DNA from: Pelagibacteraceae bacterium
GTDB taxonomy: Bacteria; Pseudomonadota; Alphaproteobacteria; Pelagibacterales; Pelagibacteraceae
Direction of reading: 5' to 3'
Assembly (NCBI GenBank): GCA_016777565.1
Contig: JADHRF010000001.1
Location: forward strand, 26,406 to 90,405
Length of the DNA: 64,000 nt
The first letter of the stretch is position 1; the number at the start of each line of letters is the position of its first letter. The notes under the pieces are model-generated. The model was not told the origin of the DNA and searched no databases. It saw only the letters and a program-made list of their open reading frames with translations. Both the position numbers and the translations under genes were made by a program. Shown here one piece after another: positions 39,587 through 48,152 of the stretch.

Positions 39587-40986
39587 TAATCTAAGTTTTT
39601 AACTATATCTTCTGTCATTTTTTTGGCATCAGCAAATAACATTAAGGTATTATCTCTATAAAATAGCTCATTATCAACTCCTGCGTAACCAGGCGACATT
39701 CCCCTTTTTACAAATAAGACTGATTTACATTTTTCAACGTCTAAAACCGGCATTCCAAAGATTGGGCTCTTGGGATCTGTTTTTGCTACTGGATTAGTTA
39801 CATCATTTGCCCCAATTACAAATGCAACATCGGTATTTGCAAAATCATTATTAATATCATCAAGTTCAAACACTTCATCATATGGAACATTTGCTTCTGC
39901 CAACAATACATTCATGTGACCTGGCATTCTTCCTGCTACTGGATGAATAGCGTAACTTACTTTTACGTCATTTTTTTTTAACTTGTCTACCATTTCTCTA
40001 AGAGCATGTTGTGCTTGCGCTACAGCCATTCCATAACCAGGAACTATTATAACTGAAGATGCATTCTTCATCAGAAAAGCAGCATCTTCTGCGTTACCAC
40101 TTTTAACTGGTTTTTGTTCAGTTCTGTCTTTTGTATCACTAGATGAACTGTCAGTTCCAAAGCCTCCAAGAATGACATTAAGAAATGATCTGTTCATACC
40201 TTTACACATTATATAAGAAAGTATTGCTCCAGAGGATCCAACTAATGCTCCTGTAATAATTAACGCTGTATTTTCTAAAGTAAAACCAATTCCAGCAGCT
40301 GCCCAGCCTGAGTATGAGTTAAGCATTGATATTACTACTGGCATGTCAGCTCCACCTATGGGTATAATAATTAAAAAGCCAATTAGTAAAGAGGCTACAA
40401 TTAATATCCAAAAAATTTGTGAAGATTGATTTATTATTAAGTAAATAATCAAACTTAAAATTAAAATTCCCAAAATAGCATTTAAATAATGTTGACCAGG
40501 AAAAGTTATTGGTGATCCAGACATTAGACCTTGTAGTTTCATAAATGCAATTATTGATCCTGTAAATGTAATTGCTCCGATAGATACTCCCAATCCCATT
40601 TCAATAACACTGGCAGTTTTAATATTTTGAAAAGTTCCTAATCCAAAAGAGTCTGGGCTATAATAAGCAGATACTGCAACCAATACTGCTGCCAAACCAA
40701 CTAAACTGTGAAAACCAGCAACTAGCTGAGGCATGGCAGTCATCGGAATTCTTAAAGCGATTATTCCACCTGCAATTCCACCAATAGAAAGGGCAAGTAT
40801 AAAGAATAATAAATTAGCAAATAAAATATTTACAGATAAAATTGAAACAATTATTGCTAATACCATACCAGTTATACCAAAAAAATTTCCCATTCTTGAG
40901 GTCTCAGGAGATGATAAACCTCGGAGTGCTAATATAAATAAAACTCCAGTTATTAAGAATAAAATTGAAGATAGATTTGCTGACAT
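39586..40986 (-). CDS. pntB: NAD(P) transhydrogenase subunit beta
   Basis: MPQLVAGFHS, GGADMPVVISMLNSYSGW, PGYGMAVAQAQH, HPVAGRMPGHMNVLLAEA. Confidence 0.98.
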   Translation of the reverse strand: MSANLSSILFLITGVLFILALRGLSSPETSRMGNFFGITGMVLAIIVSILSVNILFANLLFFILALSIGGIAGGIIALRIPMTAMPQLVAGFHSLVGLAAVLVAVSAYYSPDSFGLGTFQNIKTASVIEMGLGVSIGAITFTGSIIAFMKLQGLMSGSPITFPGQHYLNAILGILILSLIIYLIINQSSQIFWILIVASLLIGFLIIIPIGGADMPVVISMLNSYSGWAAAGIGFTLENTALIITGALVGSSGAILSYIMCKGMNRSFLNVILGGFGTDSSSSDTKDRTEQKPVKSGNAEDAAFLMKNASSVIIVPGYGMAVAQAQHALREMVDKLKKNDVKVSYAIHPVAGRMPGHMNVLLAEANVPYDEVFELDDINNDFANTDVAFVIGANDVTNPVAKTDPKSPIFGMPVLDVEKCKSVLFVKRGMSPGYAGVDNELFYRDNTLMLFADAKKMTEDIVKNLD

Positions 40987-41300
40987 TATTTATTTTTCTT
41001 TTTTTCTTTTTTTTTGTACATCTGCAACATTCTTTGGGTAACCAAAAATCCTCCAAAAATGTTTATGGCCGCTAAAACAACTGCAAGAAAACCCAAAATA
41101 TTTGAAAATGAAATACTCTCGCCACTAGATGAACTAAAAGAGGCAATTATTGCTCCCACAATTATAACAGATGAAATAGCATTAGTTACTGACATCAATG
41201 GTGTATGAAGAGATGGAGTTACACTCCAAACAACAAAATAACCAACAAAGATTGAAAGAACAAATATACTAAGTCTAAATATAAAAGGATCTATTTCCAT
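40986..41300 (-). CDS. pntAB: NAD(P) transhydrogenase alpha subunit part 2 (membrane)
   Basis: VTPSLHTPLMSVTNAISS, INIFGGF.VTQRML. Confidence 0.96.
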   Translation of the reverse strand: MEIDPFIFRLSIFVLSIFVGYFVVWSVTPSLHTPLMSVTNAISSVIIVGAIIASFSSSSGESISFSNILGFLAVVLAAINIFGGFLVTQRMLQMYKKKEKKKNK

Positions 41301-41306
41301 AATTTT

Positions 41307-42398
41307 TTATTCCTTAATTAATGTTTTTAAAATAATTTCATCTTCAAGATTAATAATAAAATCTTTTTTTTCTTTACTATAAAGATTTCTAATGAAACTA
41401 AATAAATTTTTTGCATAAAGGTTTGAGGCTGTTAATGGTAATTTATTCATTAAATTTTTAATTCCTACAATTTTTATACCTTCTACAATATTAATTTTAT
41501 CAATCTCTGAATAGGCCGCATTACCTCCTTGTTCAACTGCTAAATCATATATAACTGAACCTGGTTTCATCAATTTAACCAGATCTTCACTTAAAATTCT
41601 TGGAGCTGGTCTGCCAGGAATCAAGGCGGTACAAATTACTATATCATTTTTTTTCATTGCCTCTTTTAATAAATCAGTTTGTTTTTTTTTAAATTCTTCA
41701 CTTGCTTCTTTTGCATACCCGCCTGTGGTTTCTAGATTTTCATCTTGTTCAACTGTTAAAAACTTTCCACCTAAACTTTCTACTTGTTCTTTTGAAGCTG
41801 CACGAACATCAGTTGCAGAAACTATGGCCCCAAGCCTTTTTGCTGTTGCTATAGCCTGTAAGCCCGCAACACCCGCTCCAATAACTAAAACTTTTGCCGC
41901 TGGAACTGTACCTGCGGCTGTCATCATCATTGGCACTGCTTTTTCAAATTCATAAATTGACTCTATTACGGATCTATAGCCAGCTAAATTTGACTGAGAA
42001 GATAGAACATCCATTGATTGTGCTCTTGAAATACGTGGTAATAACTCAAGTGAAAAAATATTTATATTTTTTTTTAATATTTCTTTAAGTTTATTTTCAT
42101 TTTTTGCTGGATTAAAAATACCAACTAAAATAGTTTTTTCTTTTAAAAATTTAATTTCTTCATCTGAAGGACAGTCAACTTTTAATAATAATTTTGAATT
42201 ATTAATTACTTTTGAAGAACTGTCATAAAATTTTACACCTAATGCTTCAAATTGTTTATCGCTAATTCCTAAATGAGTAGCATAATCTTTTTCTAGGTTG
42301 ATATTTAAACCTAGTGCTATAATATTTTTTGCGCTTTCAAGAGTAATGGCTACTCTTCTTTCTATCTTAATATTTTCTTTAATTGATCCAACAGTCAC
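41307..42398 (-). CDS. pntAA: NAD(P) transhydrogenase alpha subunit part 1 (dI)
   Basis: ERRVA, PRISRAQSMDVLSSQ, GAGVAGLQA, TALIPGRPAP; GTG start. Confidence 0.97.
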   Translation of the reverse strand: MTVGSIKENIKIERRVAITLESAKNIIALGLNINLEKDYATHLGISDKQFEALGVKFYDSSSKVINNSKLLLKVDCPSDEEIKFLKEKTILVGIFNPAKNENKLKEILKKNINIFSLELLPRISRAQSMDVLSSQSNLAGYRSVIESIYEFEKAVPMMMTAAGTVPAAKVLVIGAGVAGLQAIATAKRLGAIVSATDVRAASKEQVESLGGKFLTVEQDENLETTGGYAKEASEEFKKKQTDLLKEAMKKNDIVICTALIPGRPAPRILSEDLVKLMKPGSVIYDLAVEQGGNAAYSEIDKINIVEGIKIVGIKNLMNKLPLTASNLYAKNLFSFIRNLYSKEKKDFIINLEDEIILKTLIKE

Positions 42399-42407
42399 TT
42401 TAAAATT

Positions 42408-42518
42408 TTATAACAGAGTTATAGCCAATGTTGCTAGGAGGAACATCACCGCAACCGTCCCAAATAATACAAACTTTGTGAAACCCTTCCAGGTATTTTT
42501 ATGATCATTACCGCTCAT
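42408..42518 (-). CDS. ctaH: aa3-type cytochrome c oxidase subunit IV (36 aa)
   Basis: Not in ORF track. MSGNDHKNTWKGFTKFVLFGTVAVMFLLATLAITLL: H..TW.GF motif plus one TM helix, upstream of pntA as in other alphaproteobacteria. Confidence 0.8.
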   Translation of the reverse strand: MSGNDHKNTWKGFTKFVLFGTVAVMFLLATLAITLL

Positions 42519-42522
42519 GCTA

Positions 42523-42648
42523 TTAACCTTGTCGAGCTTTATATCTTGGGTTTTTTTTATTTATTACGTAAATCTTTCCTCGACGCTTAACAATTTTTGA
42601 GCTGAGGTCTCTTTTTCTCAATGATTTTAGTGAACTAGCTATTTTCAT
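42523..42648 (-). CDS. rpmJ: 50S ribosomal protein L36 (Zn-free type, 41 aa)
   Basis: Not in ORF track. [41 protein letters not shown]. Confidence 0.96.
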   Translation of the reverse strand: MKIASSLKSLRKRDLSSKIVKRRGKIYVINKKNPRYKARQG

Positions 42649-42663
42649 AAGATCTAAGTATTA

Positions 42664-42779
42664 GCCTGGCAACGTCCTACTCTTCCATGTCTTAAGACAA
42701 AGTACCATTGGCGCTGAAGGACTTTACTTCCGAGTTCGGAATGGGATCGGGTGTGGCCCCTTCGCAATAATTACCAGGC
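42664..42779 (-). rRNA. rrf: 5S rRNA, not linked to 16S/23S
   Basis: Minus strand GCCTGGTAATT...CACACCCGATCCCATTCCGAACTCGGAAGTAAAG...GAGTAGGACGTTGCCAGGC; ends pair as helix I. Confidence 0.97.
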
Positions 42780-42785
42780 AAGAGG

Positions 42786-42814
42786 TTTATATGAGCTTTC
42801 CTTAAAAAAGTAAA
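42786..42814 (-). promoter_or_regulatory. Sigma-70 promoter of the 5S rRNA
   Basis: Minus strand TTTACT-N17-TATAAA, then 6 nt (CCTCTT), then G at 42779, the 5S 5' end. Confidence 0.65.
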
Positions 42815-42850
42815 TAGTACGGTTTGCTTATTTATAGTAGCTTATTTGGT

Positions 42851-42925
42851 TGGTGGGGAATGTTGGTAACGCTCCAACTACCTTCGCAATGTCAATGCGA
42901 CACTCTACTTTTGAGCTAATCCCCC
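42851..42925 (-). tRNA. tRNA-Val(GAC) with atypical D and T loops
   Basis: GGGGGAT-TA-GCTC-AAAAGTA-GAGT-G-TCGCA-TTGACAT-TGCGA-AGGTA-GTTGG-AGCGTTA-CCAAC-ATTCCCC-ACCA; all four stems pair. Confidence 0.9.
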
Positions 42926-43720
42926 AATAAATGTCAAAAAAAATTTTAATTGTAGTTTTTTTATAAAAAAATAAACACTTGTTAAATTAATATTTCTTTT
43001 ACTAAAAAAATCTTTATTACTTTTGATCCAAATTTTTAGTTCCTGAATATAGAGATTAGATTTTTTTTTAGAAAAATTTTGTGTATGATCTCTATAATAA
43101 GCCAAAGGTTCTTGTATCGCATAAAATGGGTATCTTAAACTTAATTTGATAAAAAAATCAAAATCACCAATTATTTGATATTTAGGATTAAATTTAAATT
43201 TATTAAAAATATCTTTTTTAATCATGGTGGTTAGAATCCCAATATTATAATTGTCTATAATTTTTTTTGTTATCATTCCAGATAAAAGATTTTTTTTAGT
43301 TTTAAGATATTTTTTTTTATTTTTTTGATTAAAAATAAAAAAATTAGAATATATAATCTTAATATTTTTATTTTTTTTTATAAAAGATACTTGTTTTTTC
43401 AACTTATCTTTTATCCACCAATCATCTACATCAAGAAAAGTGATATATTTGCCTTTGGCTTTTTGAATTGCCAAATTACGGCATTCGTAAAGTTTTTTAA
43501 ATTTTTCACTTTTAAAATATCTAATTCTTTTGTCCGTAATATTTTTAATAATTTTTTTACTTGTATCTGTAGAGTTATTGTCCCAAAAAATAACTTCAAA
43601 ATTTTTATAACTTTGTGCTAAAATTGAGTTTACTGATTTTTGTAAAAATTTTTCACCATTATGACAATTTATAACAATACTTATTAAAGGATCTCTAGAT
43701 TTCATTTTTTTGAATTTCAA
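42905..43720 (-). CDS. Glycosyltransferase family 2
   Basis: ISIVINCHN, DNNSTD, RNLAI..AKGKYITFLDVDD, GDFDF; alternative ATG at 43705. Confidence 0.92.
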   Translation of the reverse strand: MKFKKMKSRDPLISIVINCHNGEKFLQKSVNSILAQSYKNFEVIFWDNNSTDTSKKIIKNITDKRIRYFKSEKFKKLYECRNLAIQKAKGKYITFLDVDDWWIKDKLKKQVSFIKKNKNIKIIYSNFFIFNQKNKKKYLKTKKNLLSGMITKKIIDNYNIGILTTMIKKDIFNKFKFNPKYQIIGDFDFFIKLSLRYPFYAIQEPLAYYRDHTQNFSKKKSNLYIQELKIWIKSNKDFFSKRNINLTSVYFFIKKLQLKFFLTFIGGLAQK

Positions 43721-43724
43721 ATTT

Positions 43725-44450
43725 TTAAAAAAACTTTTTTTTGTGTAATTTTTCTAAGACTATTTTGTCTCTATAAGTATCCATACATTTCCAAAAACCA
43801 ATGTGTTTAAATGCCATAAGTTGCTTCTTTTTCGCAGCTATTTCTAGTGGTTTTTTTTCTAATATAGTTTTAGGACTATCAATAAAATTTAAAAATTTCT
43901 TATCAGCTACAAAAAAACCTCCATTTATCCAGCTACTTCTAGTTTGTGGTTTTTCCTTGAAAGCAGTCACAATAGAATTGTTTATTTTTAATTCACCAAA
44001 TCTTGCTTGTGGCCTTACAGCGGTAACTGTAATTAATTTGTTATGTTTTAAATGAAATTTTTTTAATTTTTTTAAATCAACATTCGCTATACCGTCACCG
44101 TATGTAAACATAAATTTTTCATCATTTTTTAAAAAAGGAATCATTTTTTTTAAACGACCGCCAGTCATTGTTCTTTTTCCAGTCTCAAGTAGTGTTATTT
44201 TGCAGAAATTATTATTAAGCTTAAAAATAAATGGTTTATTAAGCTTTTTAAAATTTTTAAAATATTTCTTTATTACATTGCTTTTATACCCCATCAAAAT
44301 ATAGAATTCGTTGAAGCCACTTTTTAAATATAAATTTATTATATGAATTAATATTGGATATTTACCAATTTTAATCATTGGTTTCGGTAAAAATTTTGTT
44401 TCTTCCGAAAATCTAGTTCCAAGACCTCCTGCTAGTATGGCTACTTTCAT
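43725..44450 (-). CDS. rfbF: Glucose-1-phosphate cytidylyltransferase
   Basis: LAGGLGTRFSEET..PKPM, TMTGGRL, TYGDG, WINGGFF, GFWKCMDT.RD. Confidence 0.88.
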   Translation of the reverse strand: MKVAILAGGLGTRFSEETKFLPKPMIKIGKYPILIHIINLYLKSGFNEFYILMGYKSNVIKKYFKNFKKLNKPFIFKLNNNFCKITLLETGKRTMTGGRLKKMIPFLKNDEKFMFTYGDGIANVDLKKLKKFHLKHNKLITVTAVRPQARFGELKINNSIVTAFKEKPQTRSSWINGGFFVADKKFLNFIDSPKTILEKKPLEIAAKKKQLMAFKHIGFWKCMDTYRDKIVLEKLHKKKFF

Positions 44451-44466
44451 AATAAACTCTTAAAAA

Positions 44467-45093
44467 TTATATTGTAAATTTAAAGTATTTATAAAGATAA
44501 TAATTAATCTTATATCTTAATAGTCCAAAAAGATAACTTCTTCCCTCTATCTTATAAACATCTTTTAATTTATTTGTCATTAAATTATATACTAAAACTA
44601 TTCTGTTTGATTTACCGTCACCTTGATAAGAATGCCAAGTTTCTTTCTCTGCTCTAGAAAAAAACACTGCTCTATTAATTTTCCATTCAACTTCTTTTTT
44701 TTCATCTCCTTTCTTATTTTTATAAAAAAAAGTTCCACTATTTTTTTCGGGCTTTAAATACACTACCCCACTTAAGAGCTTATTTGGTATATCGTCGTGA
44801 ATTGGAAATTTGTAATTCGAGCCTGTTTCAATTATGTAGAATTCTGAATAATCATATAAATTTAATTTTTCTGGATTTAGTTCTTTAAGAATATCTAGTG
44901 CTTTTTTGTGATAACGATCATTTAAACCTTTTAACAGCTCATGATTTATACAATCACTTTTCATAATATTATTTCCAGTTATAATATTTTGATAAACTTT
45001 TATTTCATTATGCTTAACAAGATTTAAATTCAAAGAACAGAGATTTCTTAAATCTTCTGTGTTTAAAAAATTTTCAATTATTTTTAATTTCAT
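44467..45093 (-). CDS. 2OG-Fe(II) oxygenase family protein
   Basis: PIHDD (HxD), SGVVYL, GT, NRAVFF, WHSY, distal Arg in NRIVL. Confidence 0.75.
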   Translation of the reverse strand: MKLKIIENFLNTEDLRNLCSLNLNLVKHNEIKVYQNIITGNNIMKSDCINHELLKGLNDRYHKKALDILKELNPEKLNLYDYSEFYIIETGSNYKFPIHDDIPNKLLSGVVYLKPEKNSGTFFYKNKKGDEKKEVEWKINRAVFFSRAEKETWHSYQGDGKSNRIVLVYNLMTNKLKDVYKIEGRSYLFGLLRYKINYYLYKYFKFTI

Positions 45094-45950
45094 TTCTTTT
45101 CAAAAATATAATTATATGTATTAGAAAACAATTCACTTTTATCAAAAAATTTTGCGTGTTTTTTTTGTTTAATTTCAAAATTATATGATTTCATTATGTG
45201 CCTTACTTCTTTATATTGTTCTAAATAATTCTCATTTAATTCTATAGAGACACTTTTAAGATTATCGCTTTTAAGACACTCATCTGCACCTCTTAAAATT
45301 TTATGTTCAATACCATCAACATCAATCTTTATATAACTTGGTACGTCAAATATTTTATTTTTTATATAAAAATTAATATTAGTCCCAAATAAACTATAAC
45401 TCTGTTTACTTTGAAAACTTTTGCCCTGATAGTCAATTGGTTCACCGTATGTATTCATTGACCAACCCTCTATGAATTCTGACTCATATATAATTGAATT
45501 AGTATTTTGATTTTCACCTAAAGGTAGTTGATTAATCTTTATTTTATCGTTTAAATTATTAATTGAAATATTTCTACTAAGTATTCTTAAGTTACTAGTA
45601 GAAGGTTCGAAGCTCAAAATGTCTATGTTGTTATGACGTTGAGCTGCGTAAATTGAATACAAACCAATGTTTGCACCAATATCCCAAAAAATAATTTTTT
45701 TGTTTTTTTTAAAATTATCTATCCACTCAATAGTTTCTGGTTCTTTTGTGAATAGTGTATCAGTTCTCCATTTAGTAGTTTGATTGGGCGTAAAAAAATA
45801 TGTTTTTTTGTTTAATATATCTACGGGTGTATATTGCTCAGTACTTATAAAATCTGAAAACCACAACAAAAAGCTTTTTTTTAGAATTTTAACAAATAAG
45901 AAATCAAAAAATTTTAATATTTTAAAAATTATAAAAGATATTTTTCTCAT
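45090..45950 (-). CDS. FkbM-family methyltransferase
   Basis: KEPETIEWI, WDIGANIGLYS, FEP, YIKIDVDGIE..ILRGA. Confidence 0.9.
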   Translation of the reverse strand: MRKISFIIFKILKFFDFLFVKILKKSFLLWFSDFISTEQYTPVDILNKKTYFFTPNQTTKWRTDTLFTKEPETIEWIDNFKKNKKIIFWDIGANIGLYSIYAAQRHNNIDILSFEPSTSNLRILSRNISINNLNDKIKINQLPLGENQNTNSIIYESEFIEGWSMNTYGEPIDYQGKSFQSKQSYSLFGTNINFYIKNKIFDVPSYIKIDVDGIEHKILRGADECLKSDNLKSVSIELNENYLEQYKEVRHIMKSYNFEIKQKKHAKFFDKSELFSNTYNYIFEKK

Positions 45951-45954
45951 AATT

Positions 45955-46953
45955 CTAATTATTTTGAATATAATAATTGCCTAGTTGACTCTTGCTTATT
46001 TTAAATTTCTTTTTTTTTATAGCTCTTTGAATTTCTTTAATTCCATATTCTAAAGAAAATTTTGTTTTAAATTTTAAAACTTTTTTTACTTTTTCAAAAT
46101 TAACTTTGTAGTTTCTTTGATCGATATCATTTTTTTTAAATACAATGTTTCTAACAAAGAGTATTTTTTTTATTTTATTTATAATATCTATTTTTCTAAA
46201 ATTATTTTTACTACTACCGGCATTAAAAACTTGAAATGCTATTTTTTTGCTTTTACAAGTGATAGCTATGTAGATTAATCTCGCAAAGTCTTTAACATGA
46301 CAGTAGGGTCTCCAGGTTTCAGCATCATAAATTTCTAACTCTTTGTTTTCAAATATACTTTTTGTAAAATGATTAACTGTTAAGTCAAATCTCATTCTTG
46401 GAGATAAACCAAAAGCTGTTGCAAATCTTAAAATACAAGGTTTAAAGTTTTCACTTTTTCTGAATGAAAGTAAAAACTTTTCAATTTCAACTTTTTGCTT
46501 AGCATATATTGAGAGTGGTTTTAGAGGTGAGTTTTCCTTGAAAATAATATTTTTTTTTCTACTTAATCCATAATTAGAACATGTTGAAATAAAAATTAAT
46601 CTATCTAGTTTTTTTGTTTTTTTACATGCAAGTATAAATTTTTTCATACCAGATAAATTAATAGAATTTGAGAGTTGTCTGTATTTTTTTGTAATAGGAT
46701 CTCCTACCAGTCCAGCAAGAATAATTACCACATCTACGTTTTTTAAAATATTTTTATATGATTTTTTCTCTCTTATATCTCCTAAAAAAAAATTATAGTT
46801 TTTGTTACTCTTAAATTTTTTTATAGAATTTTTTTGTGCATATAACAGTGAGTCCAGACAAGTAATTTTTAAACCTTTAGAGAGTAAATGTTCAGTTACA
46901 GACGTTCCTATATATCCAGCACCACCAACTAAAAGAATATGCTTTAATTTCAT
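45955..46953 (-). CDS. NAD-dependent epimerase/dehydratase
   Basis: GGAGYIG, LAGLVGDP, STCSNYG, YAKQK, RMRFDL.VN. Confidence 0.9.
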   Translation of the reverse strand: MKLKHILLVGGAGYIGTSVTEHLLSKGLKITCLDSLLYAQKNSIKKFKSNKNYNFFLGDIREKKSYKNILKNVDVVIILAGLVGDPITKKYRQLSNSINLSGMKKFILACKKTKKLDRLIFISTCSNYGLSRKKNIIFKENSPLKPLSIYAKQKVEIEKFLLSFRKSENFKPCILRFATAFGLSPRMRFDLTVNHFTKSIFENKELEIYDAETWRPYCHVKDFARLIYIAITCKSKKIAFQVFNAGSSKNNFRKIDIINKIKKILFVRNIVFKKNDIDQRNYKVNFEKVKKVLKFKTKFSLEYGIKEIQRAIKKKKFKISKSQLGNYYIQNN

Positions 46954-46962
46954 TATTTTTTT

Positions 46963-48150
46963 TTAAATATTCTCATGGATTATTTCAAAATTTTTTTTGC
47001 CATCTTTTCTTGTTGTTAAATAGTTTTGTACGTAATTATTGTAAATTTCTTTATCAAATTTTAAAAATTTTTCTAAATTTTTTTTTGAATATTTGTTGTC
47101 AACATTTACAGGTTTTAATCCCAAACAAGAAGCAAAAGATTCTTGATCGTTTAAAAATTTTTTATTCTGCAATAAATCATTATTGTAAACAAAAATAGCA
47201 GAAATTTTATAAATAGCGGCGTAAGCAAAACCAGTGCTGTCACGAGAAATTATTAATTTGGCATTTTTTGAAGTTTGATACAAACCTTCTTCAACAACTT
47301 CTCTTCCATCGTAAATTTTTGAAAATCTTTTTAAGTGTTTGATTTTAGGGTGTGGTGCAATTAAAACTTTGATTTTAAGTTCTTTTTCAATAAAATCAAA
47401 AAAATTATTAATCGATTTTAGCCAATTTTTTTTCGTACCAAAAAAATTTCTATCGCCTGTTAAATATCTATCTCCTTGATTATGTATTGGCGCTGGTGAT
47501 TCTAAAAATAAAGCGTAATTTTGTCTTTTTTTGTATTTTATATTTTTGTGCTTTAAATACATATTGTAATCAAAGCTATTACCTGAAATTATTTTTGTGG
47601 ATTTGTTTTTCCTTATATGGGATTTGTCTTTTCTTCCAAATACAACAGTATAGTTAAACGACAAACTTAGATATTTTGTAACTAATGTTAGAAAATATTT
47701 TTGAATTAAATGTTTTATTTTAACTAAAGATATCAATTTAGGTTCAAACATAAAAGAAAAAATACTTTTACTCGTCTTAAAGACTGGAAATGTAATATTC
47801 CTGTATTTTAATGTTGTAAAATTATTTTTGTTAATAAAATAATTAATTTTTAAACTTCTAAAATTAATTAACGGAATTATACTTATAATTAGAATATCAC
47901 TATTGAAATTTTTTTTTAGAAATAAGATTCTTGCTTTCCAAGAAGAAAAAGATTTAAAACTTCTTATTTTCCTGTTTTTGTAAATATTTGTAAACATAGA
48001 AGAAAAACCAGGATGGATATATTCGATTAATTCATGAATTTCGATTTTATATCCATATTTGGACTCTAGCTCATCCAGGTCAAATCTTAATATATCATAT
48101 TTTCTAATTTTTATTTCTGAGAGAAAAATTATTAATTTTTTTTTCATCAA
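46963..48150 (-). CDS. Hypothetical protein, candidate nonulosonate transferase
   Basis: IAPHPK and SRDSTGF.YA motifs; directly downstream of legC-like gene (inference). Confidence 0.45.
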   Translation of the reverse strand: MMKKKLIIFLSEIKIRKYDILRFDLDELESKYGYKIEIHELIEYIHPGFSSMFTNIYKNRKIRSFKSFSSWKARILFLKKNFNSDILIISIIPLINFRSLKINYFINKNNFTTLKYRNITFPVFKTSKSIFSFMFEPKLISLVKIKHLIQKYFLTLVTKYLSLSFNYTVVFGRKDKSHIRKNKSTKIISGNSFDYNMYLKHKNIKYKKRQNYALFLESPAPIHNQGDRYLTGDRNFFGTKKNWLKSINNFFDFIEKELKIKVLIAPHPKIKHLKRFSKIYDGREVVEEGLYQTSKNAKLIISRDSTGFAYAAIYKISAIFVYNNDLLQNKKFLNDQESFASCLGLKPVNVDNKYSKKNLEKFLKFDKEIYNNYVQNYLTTRKDGKKNFEIIHENI

Positions 48151-48152
48151 AT

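Noticed and set aside
40986-42398. Split transhydrogenase alpha subunit as a possible frameshift or pseudogene
   Set aside because: Three-gene pnt organisation is normal in many alphaproteobacteria
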